This document shows, piece by piece, positions 1-9,834 of a DNA stretch of 44,612 nucleotides. The translations under genes were made by a program, and so were the position numbers. The stretch covers positions 380,143 through 424,754 of the forward strand of contig WELA01002119.1 in the NCBI GenBank assembly GCA_009602735.1, read 5' to 3'. The first letter of the stretch is position 1. Every line of letters begins with the position of its first letter. Below the pieces are notes generated by a model. It saw nothing but the letters and a program-made list of their open reading frames with translations, did not search any database and had not been told where the DNA came from. Source of the DNA: Mesotaenium endlicherianum. Lineage: Eukaryota.

Positions 1-442
1 TGTCAGCTGACTAATTCCACTTGTGCCCAGCAGGCAGCTGTCTTGCCATTGCTCGGCTTATGTGTGGTCAGATTGGCATTTTTGCCCGCTAGGCTCAACG
101 GCAGTCGTGTCAATGGCTTCTTATTCCAACGACAAGAACTCTAATTGCGTGCTTGCTACATAGTGCATGATCATTATAGCTCTTGGCCTTCAACTTTTGC
201 TTCAGCTTTTGGCTTTGGCTTCTGAACGCATCCCTTCCCTCCGAAGAGAGGCACTTGCGAGGAGCAGGAGTAGGCCACTCATGCGTGGTGCAACATTGTT
301 GCAGGTCTGCAGAATGATTGCAAGCGTTTTCACCACAAGCAATCCCCATAAGGAGGCTTGCAGTATGGCCAACTTACCTCATCTCTTCGTCCCTTCGTCC
401 CACCCTTTGCCCCCCCCCTCCCCTCCTTCTCTGCTGCCGCAG

Positions 443-3400
443 GGAAGGGAGGTGAACTCCATGTTGAGGAAGGATCTGGCGGGCCTCAAAGAGCAGCAGG
501 CTCAGCTCAAGAGGGCCAAGGAGGTGAGGACACCTCTCTGGCATCTGCGCCCCCCTCCCCCCCTCCCTCTTTCGCCTTCGTGGCTGGCGACACGCTCATG
601 CCATCTGTCCAGACACCCTCCTTGACCTCCTGCCAAGGCCACAGCCGTGGAGCCAGCACCTACGCCTGTGACGTGCTCATGCCATCTGTCACGTCCACCC
701 TCCACCCTCCCCCATTGCCTCCCCCTTGCCTTGCCAGGGCCTCAAAAGCCCCTCTGGCTCTGCAGGCCTAACCCACAGCTGCAGCTGAAAGCCTAAGCGT
801 GCATGAGCGTTGTGGGATGTGCTGCTGCTGACGCGCTCGTTGGACGCCATCTGCCACGACTCCAGCTCATCCTGGAACTGCACGAAACGCGGATCTTAAC
901 ACGCATGCGAGGGTGGTTGTGTCTGCCTCGTGGTAATTTGGGGGTGGGGTCCAGGCGGAAGCAGAAGAGGCAGCGGCGCAGATGAAGAGCCTGGAAAACT
1001 CCACCGGCATTCTCCAGGTACTGCATCTCCGCCTCAAGAGGAGCCCACTTTCCCCTCGTGTGAGCATGATATTCGTCCATCACCTAGTCGGTATGTGCCT
1101 CTCTGCGCAAGAGAGAGCTAGGCGTGTGGGAACACTTGTCTTTCTGTCCATCCGTTATTTTGCGTGCATGTGCCTCCCCCTTGTGTACGTGGCCTCTGTG
1201 TGCACATACATGTACAGCTGTCGATGGAGCATGTTGCGGACTGCATCTCTCACGTGTAGACTGCATGGGGACCGTACTAGTGAAATTGTTGTTCTTTATG
1301 CCTTTTCTGGCCCTGGTGCGGTGTTGGTGCCGGTCTGAAGTTGTGCTGGTGCTGGTGCTGAGCTGGTGCCTTGCTGAGCTGGAGCTGTTGCTGATGTTGG
1401 TGCTTACGCTGCTGGCTGTCTGCCTGCGGGTGCGGGTGCGCCTGCGGGGCTGCAGGTGGAGCGGGACGAGGCGCGCAGCGAGGTGATCGAGCTCGACCAC
1501 CGCATCTCCGACATGAGCGTGCAACTGGGGCACGTCTCCCAAGCCCGCGAGGACCTGGAAAGGCTCACGCGCGAGGTGAGAGTCCCCCCCCNNNNNNNNN
1601 NNNNNNNNNNNNNNNNNNNNNNNNNNNNNNNNNNNNNNNNNNNNNNNNNNNNNNNNNNNNNNNNNNNNNNNNNNNNNNNNNNNNNNNNNNNNNNNNNNNN
1701 NNNNNNNNNNNNNNNNNNNNNNNNNNNNNNNNNNNNNNNNNNNNNNNNNNNNNNNNNNNNNNNNNNNNNNNNNNNNNNNNNNNNNNNNNNNNNNNNNNNN
1801 NNNNNNNNNNNNNNNNNNNNNNNNNNNNNNNNNNNNNNNNNNNNNNNNNNNNNNNNNNNNNNNNNNNNNNNNNNNNNNNNNNNNNNNNNNNNNNNNNNNN
1901 NNNNNNNNNNNNNNNNNNNNNNNNNNNNNNNNNNNNNNNNNNNNNNNNNNNNNNNNNNNNNNNNNNNNNNNNNNNNNNNNNNNNNNNNNNNNNNNNNNNN
2001 NNNNNNNNNNNNNNNNNNNNNNNNNNNNNNNNNNNNNNNNNNNNNNNNNNNNNNNNNNNNNNNNNNNNNNNNNNNNNNNNNNNNNNNNNNNNNNNNNNNN
2101 NNNNNNNNNNNNNNNNNNNNNNNNNNNNNNNNNNNNNNNNNNNNNNNNNNNNNNNNNNNNNNNNNNNNNNNNNNNNNNNNNNNNNNNNNNNNNNNNNNNN
2201 NNNNNNNNNNNNNNNNNNNNNNNNNNNNNNNNNNNNNNNNNNNNNNNNNNNNNNNNNNNNNNNNNNNNNNNNNNNNNNNNNNNNNNNNNNNNNNNNNNNN
2301 NNNNNNNNCTCCACCCCTCCACCCCTCTTCCTCCCCCTTCACGAATCATGGCTTGCTTGCTCCCCCGTGGAATATCCTGCTCCTCCTCCTTTACACAGCC
2401 TTCACTTGGGCCGAGCAACAACCCCTAGTGAAAGAACAGTCATGATGTCGTGCTTACCTTCGGTGCTGGAGCTCTGGCGGCGCGCTTCTGGTATCAGAAG
2501 TGTTGGGACGATAAGTGGAACCTGCTAGCCCTGTAGCCTGGCATTTGTCGGCAGGCTCTTCATCTTGCAAGGGGCATGCTGGGGAGCAGCACCCAGCACC
2601 CAGCTTTCGGTGCTGGGTGCTGGGTGCTAGTTTTGATCTTCGCATGCGCCTCTGCCTTCTCTGACGGGCTCCTGACGGAAGGCAGGCGGTGTAAGCAGCA
2701 GGGCAGCAGTGGTCTGACCGACAAGAAGGATATGCACAAAGATCTTAAGTGCAAAGTTTGCAGTACTCAGTCGTGAAGTCTTTCTTGGCGGCGCCGGCCT
2801 TCCAGTCAGCGGAACGACACTCGTTGCTGTGTGCTGTCTGGCAGGAGGAGCTGCTCAACACTAGCGGAGTTTCGCCACCGACGTGTTCTTGCAATCTCTT
2901 TGGGATGGAAGTGGTGCTCCGGGGGTGTCTGAAGCCTGCCACTCTTGCTCCTCCTGCTTCTTCTTTCTTCGCTCTACTTCTTCTTTGTTGTGGCGCCTTC
3001 AGCTGGAGGGCCGGGTGCTGGCCGTCACGTCTGAGAGCTCCACCCTGAAGGAGCAGCTGTCGGCCTTGGAGGAGGCCAAGGAGGCCGATGCCGCGGCCCT
3101 GAGGGCGGCGCTGGCGGAGCAGGCCACGCAGTTGAAGCAGAAGGAGGAGGAGGTGCACGCGCTGCAGTCGCAGCTGGCGGCTCTGGAGGAGGCCAAGCAG
3201 GCGGAGGCTTCTCGGCTGTACGCCGCACTGGCAGAGCTCACGAAGCAGCAGGAGGAGAAGGAGCAGGAGGTGCGCGCGCTGCAGGCGCAGATCCGTGAGC
3301 TGGAGCAGGCCAGGCAGACAGACTCTGCCTTCCTGCAGGCGGCGCTGGCGCAGCATGCCACGCAGCTGGGGCAGAAGGAGGAGGAGATGCGCGCCGTGCA

Positions 3401-5551
3401 GGAGCAGCTGTGGGCGATGGAGGACACCAAGCAGGCGGATGCCGCGCGTCTGCAGGCGGCGCTTGCGGACCACGCCACCCAGCTCTGGCAGAAGGAGAAG
3501 GAGATGGAGGCCGTGCAGGCGCAGCTGTCGGCTGTGGCAGAGGCCGAGAAGGGGGACTCGGCGCTCCTGAAGGTGGCACTGGCGGAGCAGGCCGCGCAGC
3601 TGAAGGACAAGGAGGAGGAGATGCGCGAGGTGCAGGAGCAGCTGTGGGCGATGGAGGAGGCCAAGCAGGCGGACGCGGCTCTCCTGCAGGCGGCGCTGGC
3701 GGACCACGCCTCGCAGCTCTGGCAGAAGGAGAAGGAGGTGAGCGCGGTGCAGGACCAGCTGGCGGCCACGGAGGAGGCCAAGCAGGCGGCCGTCGCCCGC
3801 CTGGAGGCCGCGCTGGCTGAGCACAACGCGCAGCTGAAGCAGAAGGAGGCGGAGATGCACGTGGTGGTCAAGGACCTCCTGCAGCTGGAGGAGAGCAAGC
3901 AAGCGGACGTTGCGAAGCTGAAGGCGGTGCTGGGGGAGCACGCCGCACAGCTGAAGCAGAAGGAGGAGGAGGTGAGCGCGGCGCAGGAGCAGCTGGCTGC
4001 CTCGGACAGGGCCCGGCAGGAGGAGGCTGCCCGCGCGAAGGTGGCGGAGGCGGAGGTGGCCAAGCGGCTGCAGGTGAAGGAGGAGGAGATGCAGAACATG
4101 CAGGACCAGCTGAAGCGTGCCCTGGCCAAGGAGCGCGTCCTCCAGGTGCTCATGCGCGCCGCCGCGTCACTCGCGCGCCCTGCCTTCCACGCACACCTGT
4201 GCATGTGTTTGCATGCACGTACTAACGTCATTTTTAAATCACAATGACAAACGTGAGGAAGCAAGTTTGGGGGGGAAAGATGAGGGACCGCTTTGCGTCG
4301 GTAGCGAGTGAAGCTGGGTCTGTAGCAAACTCTGAAAGGGTTCGGCCCTTACCTGGCCAACACTCATCAAGCTCACTTGTGTTTGTTGATTTGACGGCTC
4401 CTTGGCCAAGTGGCTTCTAACTTTCTAAGCACTTGATTGCCAGGAGCTGAAAGCGGAGGCAACCAGAGGGGCAGCAGCAGCCAGAGACACAACAATACTC
4501 AACGAGAAGACATTCAAGGTGATGCTTTGGCATGATGCTGTTCTCCTCTTGTGATGCCCCCGAAAGGGTGCGGCACTTTTGTATGATGAGGGCATTAGGA
4601 AGCTTCTGGTGCATCCTCTGAGTAGGCAGGTGGCTGGCTGCACACTTGCCAGTTGGCAATACGAGATGGCTCTGAGGTCGATGGCATGTAAGGAGGCTTA
4701 TGGCTGCTTCATTTGGTTGTGTTTTTATTTCTTTTGGTTTTCTTACCGTCAGGTCTTGCGGTGCATTCTTCCAGAAGAAGAATGGTAGGTGATGAGCCAG
4801 AAAGAGACTAGGGCACATGTGCCGTGTTGTTCCCTTTCCACGAGATTTATATAAGGCTGCTCACACTCTATGGAGGCTTGTGCTGACCTTTGTCATCCCT
4901 GCGAGAGTGCGCTCTTCTCTTGCAGCAATACGCTCGCGCGGTGGCCCCGAACTTTGTTGACTATTCCAAGCCAGTGAAGGATCAGCTTTCTCAGATCTCA
5001 GAGTTTGCCGAGGTACTCATACGAAGCACTTGGCTCCCGACTTGCGACGTGCATGTGGATGAGCGCTATATGTTTTATCGTGCTTCTGAGCGCTGCTTTG
5101 TGTCGTGACGATCCATGCTCCCCTCTGTCCCGACATTGGTATTGCTGATGGTGCTATCTGTTGCTGGGGAAAATATGCACCCAATGAGTACATGTTGCTC
5201 CGTAATTTGTATCGGAAAGGGCACATCTGTGGCCCCCTGCCTTTCAAATTGCAGGAGTTGGGTGTCTCCTTCCCGCAGGTGGAGGTCCTCTGGTATCGCG
5301 AGGTGATGTGACATTTTGACAAAACGAGTCGGCGGGCGTGCTTACTTTTTTTCTCTACTTCTGCTGCGCAGCACTTGGTGACCCGTAGTCAGGGCCTTTC
5401 ATACGACGAAGCGCAAGCCTATATTCGCAGGCGCATGGCAAACATTAGGACAAGGAGCAAGACAGGGTCCGACAACATGTCCGCAGATGAAGTGCTGAGC
5501 GACACAACTGCTGACAGGCTTGAGATGTTGGGTCACGATTCAGAAGAGTAG
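443..5551 (+). CDS. Long coiled-coil protein with 39-aa tandem repeats and a C-terminal non-repeat domain; function unknown; 5' end not identified
   Basis: GT-AG exons joining in frame: 443-523, 955-1017, 1456-1575, [N gap 1592-2308], 3003-4145, 4444-4518, 4630-4687, 4753-4784, 4926-5012, 5255-5302, 5372-5551 (TAG). The translation is E/Q/A/L/K-rich with heptad character. The small 3' exons are less certain than the 1143-nt exon. Confidence 0.7.
1592..2308. other. Assembly gap (N run)
   Basis: N run flanked by C-rich sequence inside an intron of the coiled-coil gene. Confidence 0.99.
2588..2628. repeat. Perfect 17-bp inverted repeat (intronic hairpin)
   Basis: agcacccagcacccagc (2588-2604), loop tttcggt, gctgggtgctgggtgct (2612-2628). 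Confidence 0.85.
3057..4109 (+). repeat. Coding tandem repeat, 9 x 117 bp (39 aa)
   Basis: Units such as LSALEEAKEADAAALRAALAEQATQLKQKEEEVHALQSQ and LWAMEEAKQADAALLQAALADHASQLWQKEKEVSAVQDQ align without gaps over nine copies. Confidence 0.92.
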
Positions 5552-7326
5552 AAAATCTCCACATTGATCTGCCGCTGATATATTTGGACCTTTCGATTGT
5601 CAGAAATGTTTGATCAGCTTGTAGACCTTATGTAGAAAGTTTGATCAGCTTGTAGACGACATTTATCCCTTGTTTTGTTGCTCTAGGTCGTAGGCACTAT
5701 TTACGCTTTGTGTGTGGACGCCTGAAACCAGCAACACCTTACGCTGGAGTCAGTCGCCTACTGATAGCAGAATGCTATTTTGTACAGATAGGTGCATAGG
5801 TTGTCAAATTATGTAGCCCACAAACTTTGTCTCTCATCTTGTTTGAATCTCTTAATGAACGTGTTTCACATTCAAGGGATGACTGCTTGTTGAACCATTG
5901 TCAGCATTCAGCTTCTTACGGCTATAGACCCGTTGCACGTCATTGTGTGTGGATGTAGAATCTAGTTTTTCACTGTATGGACCATGTCTAGTCTGTGATG
6001 TTCTCGGGGTGTACGGCGCATCTCCTTCCATCACTGCTATCGGATGCTTCTGCCTGCAAGATGGGTCTCACTAAGTTCTTGGAAGGTCAATAATGGCTTA
6101 GAGTTGCATTTAGTTTTGTGATATACATGTTTCAAAGAGAAAGAAGAGATGCAAAATCTCCTTGCTCTATAGACACTATGTAAATCCCACAGCATTTGTA
6201 CAAAACAAACCAGTCCTTCCACTGTAGCTGGTCTTTTGCGTTTGGTGTCACACCACCTTCCCATCCTTACCTCCTGCTTGCATATGCTTCACATCTCCTG
6301 GTGTGGGCAAGTTAAATGAGTAACTTGTTCATTCTGTGCATCAGTGGCGTCTGTCTCTCCTTCACGCGCTCCCACAGGTCAATAGCTTTTTATGCAGGAC
6401 AGCTCCGGCAACTGCTTGTGGCCTGTCATATAATACAGAGACGTTTGCCCGATTTCATGCTGTGGTAGCGCTAGCCATCTTTAGAGCAGTTATCATTCAT
6501 CCTGATGAAGAGCAGCCGGTGCTAGCATATAAAGTGCAGAGGCACTCAAGCGTTTGCACGCTAAATACTGGAGGGCGTTTCTTGCTAATAAAAGCGAGAA
6601 AACAATAGCAGCCAAAGCAGCACTGACAGCCGCACAGCAAATACCGCATGCTCTGCTATGAAATGCTAGGATTTTTCTGCTCAGCTCCAAGAAAAAGAGA
6701 GCAGCAGCGTCAAGGAGAAGCTCACCTGCAGTTCTGCCGGTATCAAAATGGCTCAAGATTGCTAAGGTTGTCTACTTCATCTACAACATGCTTTTTGTAC
6801 GATATTACGGGTATGTTTAGGTAACACAGAGTGGTAGTCCTACACTGTAAGTTATACATTTTCTCGGATGCACTACGCTTCTCTCCATGGGCATGCTCAT
6901 TGAAGTGCCTTCTGGTGATACTGCATAGATCTAGTTTACATATACAATTGATACATAGGACGGACTGATATAATAGTCCTCCATTCAAGATGCTTTTGAA
7001 AAATGAGGGCATCATAATATGGTTATTATTAATTCCCCCAGCGGGCGCAACTATGACTTTGTACTTACCTACTGAAAGAATATGAATGTCCTAAAAGAGG
7101 ACCTCAGAACTACTTGGTCAATGACGGAGCTTGAAGCTTTGAACTTGCTCACACGGTCCCGAAGTAACTAACTTCTTCTGCTAGAGTAATAGTGGCAATC
7201 TAGACTGCATGCTGCAGCCAGACGTGAAACGCAATACCTTCCTGAAAGACAACATAAAAATCACCGAATGAATTAAATAACATAGACTAGTAATGAATGG
7301 AGGTCAAAGCAACCATGTGTAGTATG

Positions 7327-8640
7327 CTATAATACTGCAGGCACTGTTACTATAGCAGATATATGTTGCCAAAATAACAAAGAAGATGCTTCCTTCTCCC
7401 CATAACCTCTCATGCTGGCCATGGCTCCGGCGAGAATGGAGGTTGGCATGGCATGCTGAAGTAGAAGCACAAATCTGAACATCTTATTGTTGGCAGGGAG
7501 GAAACCAAGATGTTCAGCAGTTACAACCACACCTAAGCCCACCACTGGAAGCACCACCAAGCGAGCGACGGAGATGCCAACAATGCCTCGGACACCAAGC
7601 TCACCCTTCCCAGGGCCTGCTATGAGATTCCCCCCTAGCACCAGCATGATGCATGGTATCATGGCTCCCGCTAAAATTGTGAAGCTGTCGGTTACAAACA
7701 GGAAAGGGGCATTTTCCCCAAAGAGGAGCTTCTTTATGTATGGGAAGGAGCCTACGACTATGGCCAGGGCAGACGAAATAAGTGGAGGCTGCAGTAGGAT
7801 CTTCAAAGGTGTGTTTTCTGCCACTTTACGCATCCTTCTTACCACTTTCGGTTCAGCCATACACGGAATGCACCTTGGACTCTGCCCAAAATCCCCTTCA
7901 TCCTCATTCTCAATATTACCATCAACTCTTTGTGAAAGTGACGTCTCAGATATGGAGCTGTTTCGGAACACCTTGCTCCAGAGAGTACTGTCATCTGCTT
8001 GCTCTTTAGAGTCCTCCAGATGAGGATACTCAGTCTCCAGCAGAAAATGACGTGGGCTGGAACTGGCTGATTGTTGATCGGGAAGCACAAGCTCGTAGAC
8101 TTCACCGTGAGGCTCCAGCATATGGTAAACAAAAGTATAAACAAGTATGGCCCCCATCCACTGCCCGAACGCCACATATGCTACCCCATCCTGCTGACAC
8201 TGTAATTTAGAGCCAAAAGGATTGCTTTTGGTCCTACATAGGGATGCTATCAAGGCCAAGGGTATATTGCCTGTGTTCCCTATGCCTGTCATGACCACAG
8301 TAAATCTGATGTACTTAGCAGGAAGATGAAGACCGTATGCTACTATTAGGCCTACTAAGCAACCGATGAAAGCTGATATAAGTACATTCACAGGAATAAA
8401 CCACCAATGAAGCATCTCTCGAAGCGTAAGCGCCTCCCCTAACTGTGTAGAAATTAGACAGGGCAGAAAAAGGGCAAAGACTAACTTGCTGAGTAATCTT
8501 CGTGCTTTTTCCGTAAGCACATTCAGATAAGAGGAAGCCAACAGCAGACCAAGGCCGCACATGACAAGAACTTTTGCCACTGGAATTATAGCTTGCCCTA
8601 AAAGCTCTGGTGTGCTCTGGGTTAAGTAGAGATACCCCAT
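7327..8640 (-). CDS. PILS2: PIN-LIKES (PILS2-like) auxin efflux carrier family membrane protein, single exon
   Basis: 437-aa uninterrupted ORF with family motifs LSKLVFALFLPCLI, WWFIPVNV, GNTGNIPLA, GVAYVAFGQW, EPKVVRRMRKVAENTPLKILLQPP, FRFVLLLQHAMPTSILAGAMASMRGY, EASSLLFWQH. Two hydrophobic halves are separated by a hydrophilic loop. The C-terminus probably extends to 7304 via a frameshift (see findings). Confidence 0.92.
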   Translation of the reverse strand: MGYLYLTQSTPELLGQAIIPVAKVLVMCGLGLLLASSYLNVLTEKARRLLSKLVFALFLPCLISTQLGEALTLREMLHWWFIPVNVLISAFIGCLVGLIVAYGLHLPAKYIRFTVVMTGIGNTGNIPLALIASLCRTKSNPFGSKLQCQQDGVAYVAFGQWMGAILVYTFVYHMLEPHGEVYELVLPDQQSASSSPRHFLLETEYPHLEDSKEQADDSTLWSKVFRNSSISETSLSQRVDGNIENEDEGDFGQSPRCIPCMAEPKVVRRMRKVAENTPLKILLQPPLISSALAIVVGSFPYIKKLLFGENAPFLFVTDSFTILAGAMIPCIMLVLGGNLIAGPGKGELGVRGIVGISVARLVVLPVVGLGVVVTAEHLGFLPANNKMFRFVLLLQHAMPTSILAGAMASMRGYGEKEASSLLFWQHISAIVTVPAVL

Positions 8641-9834
8641 GATTACGGCTCTTAGATGTGACCTACTACGACAGCTTCAGTTTCCACTTCCCGAAATGAG
8701 ACTAACAATCATCATACAACTGCTATCCACCACAAGCCCAGTAGGCAGCACCTCAGTAACTGCCACTGCGTCAACTATGATGTTGCAATATTGACTACCT
8801 TAGTCCTCGTTGAACACAAGGAACGTAATGCAGGGCCAAAGAGACGCTGGATACGTCTTATGACGAGTCGATCATGGCACGAAATCCACTTGAAGGCATC
8901 ACAATCTGTCACAGTTACACAACATGCCCAACTATCGACGCCCGCATGATTGCTCCTGGGACATACTGACATACGACCTTTTGTTGCACTCGGCGAATCT
9001 CGAGATCGGGGCTTCATGCAAGGGGGAATTACATGTAGGAAGCAGCGAGGATGTCGTCGGACAAGCAATTTTTATGTCATGCTTCAAAATTGTATCAAGG
9101 TCATCTCAGGTGTTCGATGTCTTAATCTTCATCGATTATCATATACTGAGTACATTTTTTCGAAATGGTCGGGCGGGTCCTTAACCGGTCAGTGAAAATA
9201 ATTGAGATCGACCCTCGAAATCCGTGTCACTTCTTGTAAAAGTTTTGAGGTATGCCCAATTGGCCATAGGAGTGCATATAGAAGGGTGCAACAGCGTGCA
9301 CAAGAGACGAATAAAGACGTATAGTATCCAAATGTCGAGGACGACGACATCACAATCTTCTCTCCGTGTCCCATACAAAGTTCAATCACACATCGAGCTT
9401 CTCTTCATCGGCAGTTAAAAAGGACTGTTGAAACTGATCGAAACAACTGAGCACCTTCTCTTATACTTGGCCATAGTCAGTCACGCTCCCTCCGATTATT
9501 CGTACATGCAGGGCAAGGTGTACTACAGACCTTTTTCCTACATTTTACGGCCTCATTCCTACTGCCCTTCCATTACTCGTTCACTGCCTGGGGAAGAGGC
9601 GACGTTCTCGCCCGTCCATCGCCTGTGTTAGCCAATGATTAAGTTTTGAGAGAGGAAGTTTCTTGGCTCTGTTACAATGTTAAGACTTTAACTTGCAGCT
9701 GAGCATGCAAAGGGTGTCCGGGAGGAGCATACATCATTTATAAATAAGAGACTCTAAACTGCCTGATAGTAAGCTTGTACGCAGATGCGGGTCAGCCTGT
9801 TACTGCTTGAGAAGTATCAGGCCAGGTAGACATC
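8641..9834. promoter_or_regulatory. Divergent intergenic/promoter region shared by PILS (-) and ARP2 (+)
   Basis: The start codons are head-to-head about 1.2 kb apart. A TATAAAT-like element at 9739-9745 lies about 90 nt upstream of the ARP2 ATG. Regulatory function is inferred only. Confidence 0.4.

Noticed and set aside
1084..2445. Long ORFs spanning N runs (also at 13156-14149, 35827-37156, 40278-42324)
   Set aside because: Artefacts of translating through assembly gaps.
3057..4109. CRISPR-like or transposon-derived regular repeat
   Set aside because: The units are degenerate, in-frame coding repeats without unique spacers, in a eukaryotic exon.
2745..4264. 398-aa and 421-aa minus-strand ORFs
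   Set aside because: Antisense shadows of the GC-rich repetitive coiled-coil exon.
5604..5657. Duplicated tttgatcagcttgtagac motif
   Set aside because: Short local tandem duplication in a presumed 3' UTR; no evidence of function.
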